Shown here piece by piece: positions 9,500-19,423 of a stretch of DNA of 46,330 nt (the first letter of the stretch is position 1; each line of letters starts with the position of its first letter). The DNA is taken from the NCBI GenBank assembly GCA_016839805.1, contig JAEOTO010000019.1, positions 1-46,330 of the forward strand, read 5' to 3'. Under the pieces are notes generated by a model. The model saw nothing but the letters and a program-made list of their open reading frames with translations, had not been told where the DNA came from and searched no databases. Source of the DNA: Candidatus Hermodarchaeota archaeon (lineage in GTDB: Archaea > Asgardarchaeota > Hermodarchaeia > Hermodarchaeales > Hermodarchaeaceae). The position numbers and the translations under genes are program-made.

Positions 9500-10828
9500 A
9501 TGGCCGTCCATGACCTGAAGATTGAAAATGGACGCCTGATTTTGCCAGACAGGATTGAAGAAGCAGATTTGTGCGTTGATAAGGGGCTCATCTCAGCGAT
9601 AGTAAAACCCGGGGTATCTACGAAGGAAAAAGCCGAATCAGTGATTGATGGTTCAGGGTACCTGATTCTTCCTGGTTTAGTCGATGTGCATGTACACTTC
9701 CGTGACCCTGGATTTCCTGAAAAGGAGGATTTTGCTTCAGGCTCATTAGCTGCAGCAGCAGGTGGTGTAACTACAATCGCTGATATGCCTAATACACTTC
9801 CACCAACCACAACACCTCAATGGCTTGAAGAAAAAATCCATTGTGCCGAGGAACGCTGTATTGTTGATTTTACCTTCCATGGGGGTCCATATCTTCCTGA
9901 GGAGGGCGAAAGCCGTCAGGAAACACACTTAGAGAGTGATGAGTTAGCGCTCGTTGATATGGCTAAACAGTTAATCGAGAAAGGGATTCTTTCATTTAAA
10001 ATCTACATGCCTCATTTTGAATACCCCAGTATCCAATACCTCGCCCCATTAGGACAGTTACTGACAATTCATGCCGAAGAACCCAGCAAACTCTCAGATC
10101 CTACTGATGGCTCATCTTATGCTTTTTTAGCAAGCCGCCCTCCCGAAGCAGAAGTATATGCAATTGAAAGACTACTTGCCGAGCCACCGCAATGCAGTTT
10201 TCACATCTGTCATATTTCAACCGCAGCTGGATTTCGACACATTCTTACTGCTCAACATAGAGGGATTCCGGTTTCCACAGAGGTAACACCACATCATCTT
10301 CTACTCACTGTAAAGGATTTAGCGGAAATTGGTCCAATCGCGAAATGTTATCCACCATTACGATCAACTACAGATACTGAAGCTCTATTGAATGCCTGCT
10401 TCGCCAGTCAGATTAATATCATCGCATCCGATCACGCCCCCCATACAGCCACGGAGAAAACTGGATCAGATGCTGATTTTGCTTCCGCTCCAGGAGGCAT
10501 CATTGGTGTGGAAACCACATTATCGCTCTTATACACCAAACTAGTTCATGCTGCAGAGATGAGCTTACCTCAGCTTACTCGTATGATGGGGTTTAACCCA
10601 GCTTATCGCTTTGGTATTTGTAACTCCCAAGGGATTGAAAAGGGTCAGCTTGTTGTAGGTGCTGATGCAGACCTTGTCCTCTTTGATAGCAAGAAGGCCT
10701 ATACGATTAGAGGTGACGCTCTTCATAATAAAGCTACACTAACACCCTTTGAAGGTTGGAAAGTAAAGGGGCAGGTATATCAAACTCTGATTCGAGGTAA
10801 AACCGTATTTGAACGTGATGATGAATGA
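9500..10828 (+). CDS. pyrC: Dihydroorotase
   Basis: PGLVDVHVHFRDPG, AAGGVTT..DMPNT, EVTPHHL, SDHAPH; lies between pyrD and pyrK. Confidence 0.9.
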   Translation: MAVHDLKIENGRLILPDRIEEADLCVDKGLISAIVKPGVSTKEKAESVIDGSGYLILPGLVDVHVHFRDPGFPEKEDFASGSLAAAAGGVTTIADMPNTLPPTTTPQWLEEKIHCAEERCIVDFTFHGGPYLPEEGESRQETHLESDELALVDMAKQLIEKGILSFKIYMPHFEYPSIQYLAPLGQLLTIHAEEPSKLSDPTDGSSYAFLASRPPEAEVYAIERLLAEPPQCSFHICHISTAAGFRHILTAQHRGIPVSTEVTPHHLLLTVKDLAEIGPIAKCYPPLRSTTDTEALLNACFASQINIIASDHAPHTATEKTGSDADFASAPGGIIGVETTLSLLYTKLVHAAEMSLPQLTRMMGFNPAYRFGICNSQGIEKGQLVVGADADLVLFDSKKAYTIRGDALHNKATLTPFEGWKVKGQVYQTLIRGKTVFERDDE

Positions 10829-11697
10829 CTATGAATGATAACTTCAACCCATCTGCAATCATTCGACCGATAGTAACACCCATTCTGGGGGTAACGACAG
10901 AGACACCCCGAACCAAAGCGTTTACTATTTCTGCACCAAGTATTGGTAAACATGCAGTACCAGGGCAATTTGTGATGGTCTGGGTCCCAGGAATTGATGA
11001 AATCCCAATGAGTATATCTAGCGTGAATCAAGGTGTAGAATTCGCCGCAGCACGTGTAGGGGATGCAACTACCCAGCTTCATAAATTGAAGAAAGGTGAT
11101 CTCTTGGGAGTGCGTGGACCACTTGGAAAGGGATTTGTCTTTCCGAAAGCGACTGAAGAGAAAATCATGTTATTGGTTGCTGGGGGTTGTGGTTCTCCAC
11201 CGATTGCCTTCGCAGCTACCATGGCTATTCGGATGGGATTCGTTGTTGATGTCGCATTAGGAGCGACGAGTAAGGCAGAACTCCTCTTTTTTAACAGATT
11301 CAAGGACCTCGAAACCCAAGGCGTTCGCAGATTTGTAGTTGCTACAGACGATGGCTCCGACGGGTTATTAGGAACATCTGTGGACGCCGCAACATTTCTC
11401 CTCGATACAGACCCCGCTTATTCTGCTTGTCTTGCCTGTGGTCCTGAGGGTATGCTGGTGAATCTAAACACACTTTTACAGAAGTACTCAATTCCCCTAC
11501 AAGTGAGCTTAGAACGGTACATGAAATGTGGTGTAGGCCTCTGTGGACATTGTATTATTGACTTGGAGGGTAGTCGCGTATGCCATGAGGGACCGGTTTT
11601 TGATGCAAAGAACCTTGAAGAGAGTGACTTTGGAAAGGTAACACGTGATGCCACGGGCAAAAAAGAGCCATTACAATTCGAAAGTAACACTTCTTAA
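10825..11697 (+). CDS. pyrK: Dihydroorotate dehydrogenase electron transfer subunit
   Basis: PGQFVMVW, RGPLGKGF, ACGPEGM, MKCGVGLCGHC...VC.EGPVF 2Fe-2S motif; ATGA overlap with pyrC. Confidence 0.95.
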   Translation: MTMNDNFNPSAIIRPIVTPILGVTTETPRTKAFTISAPSIGKHAVPGQFVMVWVPGIDEIPMSISSVNQGVEFAAARVGDATTQLHKLKKGDLLGVRGPLGKGFVFPKATEEKIMLLVAGGCGSPPIAFAATMAIRMGFVVDVALGATSKAELLFFNRFKDLETQGVRRFVVATDDGSDGLLGTSVDAATFLLDTDPAYSACLACGPEGMLVNLNTLLQKYSIPLQVSLERYMKCGVGLCGHCIIDLEGSRVCHEGPVFDAKNLEESDFGKVTRDATGKKEPLQFESNTS

Positions 11698-11730
11698 TAC
11701 TAATCTGAAATCGCTTGATGAGAGGAACTT

Positions 11731-12429
11731 GTGGTGAAACCATCAAATGTTCTCGCGGCTATTCCGCCTTTAATCCTCTACATCGTAGGTTTCGTGTTCC
11801 TTGCAGTAGGTGGGTTAATATACGCAGTTTTTGTGATATTATTAAGTCCTCTAGCTCTTTTTTTTCTGACCTTAGGAGCCATACTACTGCTACAATCATC
11901 CCATGGTTTCCGATTAAACAATGATCTCCGTTTAATACTTAGTATAATCCTTTCAGCCATACTCGTCATATTTGTAGACTTTTGGCCAATCCAATTAGCC
12001 TACTCGCAGGGTGCAGCTGCTGTCTTGCAATTCGGGGGATTCAACACTGTCCTGTATGTTAGTTCTCATTTTGGAGGAATCCAAGTTTTACTTTTTGTCC
12101 AACAGGCAGGTACTGGAAGTCTGGTAGGTGGAGAAATTGATAACGCCTGCGCTGGTCTCATCGCGTTAATTCCTTGCCTATTACTAATTTTCTTTTCAAA
12201 TCGGACTCCCCAACCAATACCGAATCGAATTGCTGTAGGTGCTGTAGCGATTTGCATAATCGTTTTAGGGAATTTTTTCCGAATCTGTGTGGAACTATGG
12301 TTGCCTGCCATAGGATTAGCTCCCTTTGAATTAGTTCATTATCCCCTCGCTTTCATTCTTGGAATCCTGGGACTTACAGGGATAGTTATTGCTGGTCAAA
12401 GATTAACTGTAAAACAAAAAGAGAACTAA
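11731..12429 (+). CDS. Exosortase/archaeosortase family protein
   Basis: Multi-TM protein with I...CAG (catalytic Cys), N..RI (Arg) and a downstream His (FELVHY), matching the exosortase Cys-Arg-His arrangement. Confidence 0.75.
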   Translation: MVKPSNVLAAIPPLILYIVGFVFLAVGGLIYAVFVILLSPLALFFLTLGAILLLQSSHGFRLNNDLRLILSIILSAILVIFVDFWPIQLAYSQGAAAVLQFGGFNTVLYVSSHFGGIQVLLFVQQAGTGSLVGGEIDNACAGLIALIPCLLLIFFSNRTPQPIPNRIAVGAVAICIIVLGNFFRICVELWLPAIGLAPFELVHYPLAFILGILGLTGIVIAGQRLTVKQKEN

Positions 12430-12438
12430 AACAGGTTC

Positions 12439-13836
12439 TTATTTCTGTTCGGAAATGTAGGCCAGAATCTGGTCTACTTCTTGTTTGGTTAATCGTTTTT
12501 CTTTACCCAAGGCTTGAACCAGACAAGAAATCGTAGCAAGACTATGGAGGTTTAACTTTTCTGTAGCTAGTTGTTCTACGCCTCCCTGTTCGCGATCCAC
12601 GACTACTAAAACCTCTGTGACCTTGGCTTTCGCTTCGCGAAGGGCTTTTACTGCGTCAATTTTGCTTCCACCGTCTGTGATGAGGTCATCAACTACTAAA
12701 ACCTGGTCACCTGAATTAAGAAGCCCTTCTACGCGTTTTTGTCGTCCATACTTCTTGGGTGTACTACGAACATAAAGTAGGGGAACATTCAAACGATTGC
12801 AAATAGCTGTGGCAAACGATATCCCAGCTGTTGGCACTCCTGCGATGCGGTCAAAACTAATATTCGGGTGCTCATTTAGCCATTGGATAAAGAGGTTGGT
12901 AAGGTTAGAAAAGGCATGGGGATAAGAGGGTATGACTCGCAAATCGATGTAATATGGGCTGGTTTTACCTGAGGCAAGAGTGAACGAGCCGAATTTGATG
13001 GCACCAGTATCATCGAGGAGCATGGCTATGTCTCGGATTAACGCATCTCTTCGAGTAATAGTGGTTCGGCGTTTTGGCGGTTTCACTTCGAATGTTTGTT
13101 GAGCGAGTTCTTTGGCTTTTATGGCGGGGTGCTTGGCTTGATAGATTGACCTACCAATGATTTCATAATCTGCACCAGCGGCAATAGCAGATCCTGGTTT
13201 TCCACCCTGAGCACCAACCCCAGGCGCCAGAATAAGTGGATCAGAACCAATCCAAGAGCGAATCTCACTCACATGTTTTGGCCTGGTCCCGGGAGCAATA
13301 ACTCCTGACACCTTTAGTTTCACGGCCATCTGTGCCATTTGTTGAGTTTGAGGATGGATGAACTGAGTGGCCCCAGGATGGCTCATATCTACTACAAGAA
13401 TTACACCACGATCGCCATAACTTCGAGCTTCATCCAATACCGCTTGGATGGCATCATCACCGATGAATCCATGAACGATGATAGCATCAAACCCTGCCGC
13501 AAAGGTATGGCGAGCAATCCAGGCATTAGTATTATCAATATCAGCGACTTTAAAATCAGCAATCAGGGGGAGTTCAGGAACCACCATTTTCAAATGATGA
13601 GCAACTTCGACACCAGTTGCTAACACAAGAGGATAATTCAGTTTAATCGCTACGACGTGCGGACCAACAGCTGCTGCAAGATGACAAGCGTTTTCAATCA
13701 ATTCTTTACGTGCCGAATCAGGAGCATCCGGAGATAATGTATTAGCGATATCCAGTGCGTGAATAACACGAGTCTGGTTAGTTTGGGTCCGTTCTTCAAG
13801 TGTCCTTACGAATGCCTGTCCGAATAATTTCGCCAT
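12439..13836 (-). CDS. pyrF: Bifunctional OMP decarboxylase / orotate phosphoribosyltransferase (PyrF-PyrE fusion)
   Basis: N-terminal DFKVADIDNT, MSHPGA, PGVGAQGG, IIGRSIY; C-terminal FGSFTLASGKTSPYYIDLR, VVDDLITDGGS, VVVDREQGG in one uninterrupted frame. Confidence 0.93.
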   Translation of the reverse strand: MAKLFGQAFVRTLEERTQTNQTRVIHALDIANTLSPDAPDSARKELIENACHLAAAVGPHVVAIKLNYPLVLATGVEVAHHLKMVVPELPLIADFKVADIDNTNAWIARHTFAAGFDAIIVHGFIGDDAIQAVLDEARSYGDRGVILVVDMSHPGATQFIHPQTQQMAQMAVKLKVSGVIAPGTRPKHVSEIRSWIGSDPLILAPGVGAQGGKPGSAIAAGADYEIIGRSIYQAKHPAIKAKELAQQTFEVKPPKRRTTITRRDALIRDIAMLLDDTGAIKFGSFTLASGKTSPYYIDLRVIPSYPHAFSNLTNLFIQWLNEHPNISFDRIAGVPTAGISFATAICNRLNVPLLYVRSTPKKYGRQKRVEGLLNSGDQVLVVDDLITDGGSKIDAVKALREAKAKVTEVLVVVDREQGGVEQLATEKLNLHSLATISCLVQALGKEKRLTKQEVDQILAYISEQK

Positions 13837-13868
13837 GGGTTACTCCTTCTGAAGTTGATTATGAGAGG

Positions 13869-14387
13869 TTAATATTGACCTAGGAGCTGCTCTATGATGT
13901 TATCATGTCCTGTGATCCGTTTACAGTAATCGCATCGAAGGGTCACAGGAGTCCGGTCAACAACTTGAAAGTTACTCCTAATCCCCCGTTCATTATTGGT
14001 AATACAGCTAGGATTTTGACAACGGACAATTCCGATTATTTTATCAGGAACAGAAATGCGGGTCTTTTCATGAATTTTGTAATCCCGGATAATATTGATT
14101 GTGGCATTTGGCGCAATAAGGGCTATGCGATTAATTTCTTCGGTTGTGATTTCACGACCTTCAACCTTGATGATATCCTTTTTCTCCATCCGTTTACTTT
14201 GGACATTCATAGCTATACTGATTATGTCTCCCTCTCGTCCCGTAATTCCCAAAATCTGCATGACAGCGAGTGCATATCCTGCAGTAATATGATCAATGAC
14301 TGTACCAGCCTGGATTTTTTGAACGAGTAGCTCCTTTGATTTCGCTTCCGTTTTTGGTTGTCTTGATTTCTTTTTGGTTTGGGTCAT
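13869..14387 (-). CDS. pyrI: Aspartate carbamoyltransferase regulatory subunit
   Basis: GTVIDHI, KKDIIKVEG, APNATINII, CQNPSCIT and CDYC zinc site. Confidence 0.96.
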   Translation of the reverse strand: MTQTKKKSRQPKTEAKSKELLVQKIQAGTVIDHITAGYALAVMQILGITGREGDIISIAMNVQSKRMEKKDIIKVEGREITTEEINRIALIAPNATINIIRDYKIHEKTRISVPDKIIGIVRCQNPSCITNNERGIRSNFQVVDRTPVTLRCDYCKRITGHDNIIEQLLGQY

Positions 14388-15316
14388 GTCTGTTTTGCCT
14401 CCAACAGCAGTGTTAGGATTGCCATTCGTATAAGGACACCATGAAACATTTGAGTGAAATATCGAGCATACGGAGTCGCATCGACTTCTGGAGCAATTTC
14501 ATCTACCCGCGGTAGTGGATGCAAGATATCAAGAGTTGGTTTTACATCCTGTAACGAGGTTTTATCGATTTGATAGATACCACGAACTTTTTCATAATCA
14601 GCAGGTGTGGGAAATCGTTCCTTTTGTATACGAGTTACATACAAGACATCTAATTCAGGTAATATTGCTTGTAGATCGGTAGTTTCAATCACTTCTTTCC
14701 CCTGTTCTTTTAGATCACCTACTATTTCGGCGGGGAGCTCTAGTCCGTTTGGTGCAATGCAATATAGCCGATCAGTGAATCGAGTAATTGCATAGGAGAG
14801 GGAGTGAACCGTTCGACCAAAGCGGAGATCTCCCAGCATTGCTATATTGAGATTATCAAGTCGTCCCTGGCTCCGACGAATGGTCGATAAATCTAGTAAC
14901 GTTTGGGTGGGATGGCGTCCGGCTCCATCGCCTGCATTAATGATTGGCACGTTAGCTACTTCAGAAGCCCATTGAGCTGAACCTTCCTGGGGATGCCGGA
15001 TGACAATAATATCCGCATAATTTTCAACCGTTCGAATTGTATCTGCTAAGGATTCGCCTTTAGCGACGGATGATGCACCCACATCAGCAACTGAGATACT
15101 GGACCCGCCAAGGCGTGCCATAGCTGATTCAAAGCTAAGTCGGGTCCGTGTGGATGGTTCATAAAAAAGTGTCGCGAGGATTCGTCCTGCTAACCGCTTA
15201 GAGGGTTTTTCACTTCGGACAATTTTTTCCATTTCATCCGCTTGATCAAGAATTGTCATAATTTCCTTAGTGCTCAAGTCTGCGATACTAATTAGATCCT
15301 TAACTGATAATGACAC
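14384..15316 (-). CDS. pyrB: Aspartate carbamoyltransferase catalytic subunit
   Basis: FYEPSTRTRLSF, NAGDG..HPTQTLLD, YVTRIQKER, HPLPR. Confidence 0.97.
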   Translation of the reverse strand: MSLSVKDLISIADLSTKEIMTILDQADEMEKIVRSEKPSKRLAGRILATLFYEPSTRTRLSFESAMARLGGSSISVADVGASSVAKGESLADTIRTVENYADIIVIRHPQEGSAQWASEVANVPIINAGDGAGRHPTQTLLDLSTIRRSQGRLDNLNIAMLGDLRFGRTVHSLSYAITRFTDRLYCIAPNGLELPAEIVGDLKEQGKEVIETTDLQAILPELDVLYVTRIQKERFPTPADYEKVRGIYQIDKTSLQDVKPTLDILHPLPRVDEIAPEVDATPYARYFTQMFHGVLIRMAILTLLLEAKQT

Positions 15317-15405
15317 CGTTACTCCTCATAACCGGCAAAGGACTGAGTTACAATAAAAATCTTCGCCCTTCCTGTTTCAAAAATCAAGTCTTCCATTGAA
15401 TCATG

Positions 15406-17898
15406 TTACCTTTCTGCGATAATACTACTGATACGAGCCACATAATTGCGAATGACATCTTCTGTGGGTGCTTTGACAACAGATTCTCGCTGATCAGCTG
15501 TAGCCTGATACATATTAAGTGCCATACGCACAAGATGTCGGGTTTGGGTCATTGCAATCATCTTTTCTTTCAGAGGAAGATCTAAGAGGAGAGGAGGGAA
15601 GAAGAGTTTGGGTGCAATTAGGAAGATCTGTAATCGATGAATGGTTTTGTGGAGGCTGTAGGGAAGTTGTTGGTCATAAGCATCTGGTGTTAATTTGACA
15701 ATCATGCGTTCGAGTTCTGTTTTTGCCTTTTTATTTTCCTTTGAATCATTTGTGGAAGCAAATATTGCGATTGATGATAAGGCGGTTAGAAGTTGTCGTA
15801 ATTGACGAAGACTCCGATCGGTTTCCCGATTCAAACTCGAGGCTAGTTCTTTGAAGAGCTTACTTGCATGAGAATAATTACCACGTTTGATGATACTGAG
15901 ACCATCAACGAGTCCTACAAATGTGGTACCAAAAGTGCTGAATACCGAATAAATCTCTGCGAGACTAGGAATTAGTTCAGCAACCTTGTCAAAGGATTTC
16001 TGCACCTTATCAAAATATTCTTGGGCTCCATGATAATCTTCTTTGAGCAGATGAATCTGACCGATACGCCAATAATTTTCACCTTCGTCATGGAAGAAAA
16101 ATAGGTTTGAATAGATGTTAGCGGCTTTTTGATGTAATCGCTCACTTTGCATCAAATAATGTTTTCGAGTAGTTTCCTTCACAGTAAAATCAAGGCTACT
16201 GAAATAGAGGAATGTATCAGCTAGTTGGGTTAGGGCATTTGCGTGTTTGTTTCGTTCACCAGTTTTTGACCATGCCTGTACGGCATAATCATATAATTCA
16301 ATTGCCTTTTTCAGTAATTCCCCATCACCACAAAGAATACCTAAACGCTGAGCTGCGTTTCCGGCTTGCTGATAAGCATTGGCAGTAATGACTGGATCAA
16401 TGATCTTTTGAGCGCCTTCGATCGCGAGTTCCCCATACAGGAACATGTCTTCAAACAACGCCTTTTTTTCTTCGAATGTAGGTGTTAGGTCAGCTAATTT
16501 ACTACAAGCGAATGCTGCACTACTGAGAGCAGCGACTAAGCCTTTCTTATCTAGAGTTTTTTGAAATAACGCGAGACTCGTTCGGCTTAATTTTTGTTGT
16601 TTTATAGCCCAATCGCGTTTTTGATTGCTCCGAGTTTCAAGATCGGATAGAAATCCAGATACTTCACTCGCATACATAGTTGCATAACCCGCTTCTTGCA
16701 GACTCTTAGTCTGTTGTGCAAAGTCTCGTCCTTCAATTTGTAATTCATAAATTTCTATTAGCTTCTTCTTTCGGCGTTCCAGACTCAACTCAAACCATGA
16801 TAACCGTTCCAAGGCAACTCCTAGATTTATTGCTGCACGTGCCCGTAGTTGCAAGAGCCGGGTGAATCCTCCAATGGATCGGGATTTTTGTAAGTGCATC
16901 TCACCTAGCTGATAGTATTCATTTCGTTGATTGAAATCATGTTCTAATTCAGCAATTGACAGAAAACCTTCACCAGCTAAAGTATAAGCCCGAAGAAGTT
17001 CACCATAAGCTGAAGTTCGTTCTAGCATTGAAACAGACTGCAGGAAGTAGTCTTTTGCTTTCTTAAACAGTTCCTGACGTATATCCGTAATTGCTTCAGC
17101 TTCAGCCATTCGATAGTGTGAAGTCCCCAATAGGTTTAGAAGCATTCCTTGTATTCGATTATGGGTGGTTTTATCGAGGGACCGTACTAATTCATGGACA
17201 TTATCTTGTCGGATACTATGGATTTCAACCTCTTGTATTCGATAGGGTTGAATCAAGTCTAATCCTGTTAATACTGCAATGTTTCCTAAATGGTCGCGAT
17301 TATTTATTTGACTCAACGCTTTTGTGCGATTATAAATTTCTTTAAGAAGCGCTTCCTTCGTTTCAACATCTTCGTATAGGAGGAGAGGCTCGACTAAGAG
17401 GAGATAGTATGTATCTTTTTTTTCAGGAGAAAGTGTTGTAGCGATTTCTATTCCATGTTGAGCCCAGTGGATTTGTTTGTCGGGATTGAGATATGCAATA
17501 AGGCTAGTTATGAGATTTAAGGCATGTTCAAGTTCTCCTAGCTTGATAAAACATTCAGTAGCTTGAATGAATTTTTCAGAATCCGGTGGTTCTGCCAGCC
17601 ATCCTTCTGCTTCAAGTGCGACCGCTTCTAAATAGGCGAGTTGGTCCTTTTCAAATTTCATTGTCTCTTTTGCCTTTCTAATTCTTGAAATCAAGTCAGA
17701 AAGACCGGTCCGCATTTCAGCAAGATTATTCGAACGCCAGATGCTACTATTTAGATTACGGAATCCTCGAAGGGCTAGATCGGAGTCTTGGGTTTGTTGA
17801 TACACAAGGAAGCATTGCTCAGCTGCATCATGATACTCAGCATTTCGCTCTAGGATTGTGATACGACGAAGCTCCATACTTGCATCGGTCATAGACAC
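15406..17898 (-). CDS. Large alpha-helical TPR-like repeat protein (830 aa)
   Basis: Repeated A...LG...Y...A/S helical pairs (LLNLLGTSHY, AAINLGVAL, ANAYQQAGNA, YWRIGQIHL); no TM segment or signal peptide. Confidence 0.7.
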   Translation of the reverse strand: MSMTDASMELRRITILERNAEYHDAAEQCFLVYQQTQDSDLALRGFRNLNSSIWRSNNLAEMRTGLSDLISRIRKAKETMKFEKDQLAYLEAVALEAEGWLAEPPDSEKFIQATECFIKLGELEHALNLITSLIAYLNPDKQIHWAQHGIEIATTLSPEKKDTYYLLLVEPLLLYEDVETKEALLKEIYNRTKALSQINNRDHLGNIAVLTGLDLIQPYRIQEVEIHSIRQDNVHELVRSLDKTTHNRIQGMLLNLLGTSHYRMAEAEAITDIRQELFKKAKDYFLQSVSMLERTSAYGELLRAYTLAGEGFLSIAELEHDFNQRNEYYQLGEMHLQKSRSIGGFTRLLQLRARAAINLGVALERLSWFELSLERRKKKLIEIYELQIEGRDFAQQTKSLQEAGYATMYASEVSGFLSDLETRSNQKRDWAIKQQKLSRTSLALFQKTLDKKGLVAALSSAAFACSKLADLTPTFEEKKALFEDMFLYGELAIEGAQKIIDPVITANAYQQAGNAAQRLGILCGDGELLKKAIELYDYAVQAWSKTGERNKHANALTQLADTFLYFSSLDFTVKETTRKHYLMQSERLHQKAANIYSNLFFFHDEGENYWRIGQIHLLKEDYHGAQEYFDKVQKSFDKVAELIPSLAEIYSVFSTFGTTFVGLVDGLSIIKRGNYSHASKLFKELASSLNRETDRSLRQLRQLLTALSSIAIFASTNDSKENKKAKTELERMIVKLTPDAYDQQLPYSLHKTIHRLQIFLIAPKLFFPPLLLDLPLKEKMIAMTQTRHLVRMALNMYQATADQRESVVKAPTEDVIRNYVARISSIIAER

Positions 17899-17910
17899 AT
17901 CCTTTCACCG

Positions 17911-18741
17911 CTAATTTCCCTTTTCAAAGTGTTCAGCTAATCGACTAATAGACTGAGAAAATTCATGATCTGGGTGTTTTTTCACGAAGAGATGTCTTCC
18001 CATATTTTCCATGACTTCACAAAAACAGGGAATGATTCCAATAATTTCGATACCTAATTTTAGGCTGAGTTCAGATTTAAGGCGTTTATAATCTTCAGGA
18101 TTTTGTAGCATGCTACAAGGAACCTTATTTACAACTAATTCTGGTTTCTTTCCTAAGGTCTGGTCATAAACACCTTTTATGAGATGATAGGTTCCAACGA
18201 TATCAAGATGGTCCATTTTGATGACAAGAATGGGGTCATCAGCAGCTAATATTGCATTAATAGAACTCATTGCAAAACCAGGGCTAGTATCGAATATTTG
18301 AAAGTTAATTCCATATTGTTCGAAAAGGAGATCCTTGCCATCTAAGACGAGTTGGAGAACTCGAGCCTGCCATTCCTCATCAAGGCTATGCATGGTCATC
18401 TCATTAATGGCTTTGCCACTTGGATTAGTGAAGCCGACAAGGAACTTACCCATGGTTTGATAACGGTCACTCAGATCGACCAGAACCTCATTTAATTCAC
18501 AACGTTGGGCGAGCCAATCATTGATCCAGTATTTGATGCTGTTCATCTGGAATAAAGCATTGAGACTAGGAGCACGAAAATCAAAATCGAGGAGGACAAC
18601 ATTCCATCCTCGTTCGGCAAGTATGAGTGCCATATTCGCTGAAAGATTGGATTTACCTGTTCCACCCTTGAAGCTATGAATGGTGATGGCTCTGTTTTTA
18701 TTTCGGTTTGGGTTCCAATCACCAACCGATGCATTAGACAT
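17911..18741 (-). CDS. MinD/ParA family ATPase
   Basis: Deviant Walker A HSFKGGTGKSN, DFDFRAPSL, DTSPG, VVNKV. Confidence 0.92.
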   Translation of the reverse strand: MSNASVGDWNPNRNKNRAITIHSFKGGTGKSNLSANMALILAERGWNVVLLDFDFRAPSLNALFQMNSIKYWINDWLAQRCELNEVLVDLSDRYQTMGKFLVGFTNPSGKAINEMTMHSLDEEWQARVLQLVLDGKDLLFEQYGINFQIFDTSPGFAMSSINAILAADDPILVIKMDHLDIVGTYHLIKGVYDQTLGKKPELVVNKVPCSMLQNPEDYKRLKSELSLKLGIEIIGIIPCFCEVMENMGRHLFVKKHPDHEFSQSISRLAEHFEKGN

Positions 18742-18761
18742 CTTCCATTCATCTCTGATAT

Positions 18762-19232
18762 TCAGCCTACTAGACCGGGTAGACTATATTGGTAGAAATT
18801 CTTGATTCGGGTTCTTTCTAAATAGCCAAGCCGAAAAATTGAGCCCAGATAATAGGATTCGACCTTTGGTTTTTTCCCTGTGATTGTTGCAACTTCGCGA
18901 GCGTTTGCTTGATGTAGTTTTAACATCGCCATCGCTGTTCGTTTGTAACGGGGTGGAATCCGAAGTAAGATCATTGCATTCAAGGGAGTAACTTTGCGAG
19001 ATCTTTCAACTGTGACTGTCTCACTAAGCTCAGTCCCTCGAATGTGGTATTGACTATCCACATAAAGAATGAGTATATGAGCGGGATTACCATGCAAATG
19101 GGCGTGACTGATAGGATAAGACTTGGCATTATCTATGATTGCCCTTGAAACCATGACGTTGAGATCTTGTTTGCAACCATGACAGTAGGTGCGTAATGTT
19201 ACTGTGTCTTCAATATCCACTGCTTTCGACAT
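18762..19232 (-). CDS. Protein with N-terminal CxxC/His-rich putative metal-binding domain and C-terminal winged HTH
   Basis: CHGC...HAHLHGNPAHILILYVD...RG; C-terminal AREVATITGK...ESYYL..IFRLGYLER wHTH pattern. Confidence 0.7.
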   Translation of the reverse strand: MSKAVDIEDTVTLRTYCHGCKQDLNVMVSRAIIDNAKSYPISHAHLHGNPAHILILYVDSQYHIRGTELSETVTVERSRKVTPLNAMILLRIPPRYKRTAMAMLKLHQANAREVATITGKKPKVESYYLGSIFRLGYLERTRIKNFYQYSLPGLVG

Positions 19233-19423
19233 GCAGATATCCCCGCTTGTAGTGTTGCATGTTTCACTTCTTCACCACTCAGTAGACTCTCTTAAACATT
19301 TTCTGTGTTTTTCAGCAGCCTGTTAGCTGATGCGGACTTCTCAAGCCAGTACAGCTACGCATCCCCCTTAAATTAGCGGAAAAGTTTCTAAAGGGCAATT
19401 CAGAAGAATGTGTATAATCTTCA

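Noticed and set aside
17911-18741. ParA-like ATPase as a marker of an integrated plasmid or provirus
   Set aside because: No integrase, replication gene, att repeats or tRNA nearby; flanks are core metabolic genes.
19310-19375. GATGCG...CGCATC inverted repeat and GCTGATG as a fluoride riboswitch or C/D sRNA
   Set aside because: The crcB 5' GGxGATGG element and proper C/D boxes are missing; only a short stem is supported.
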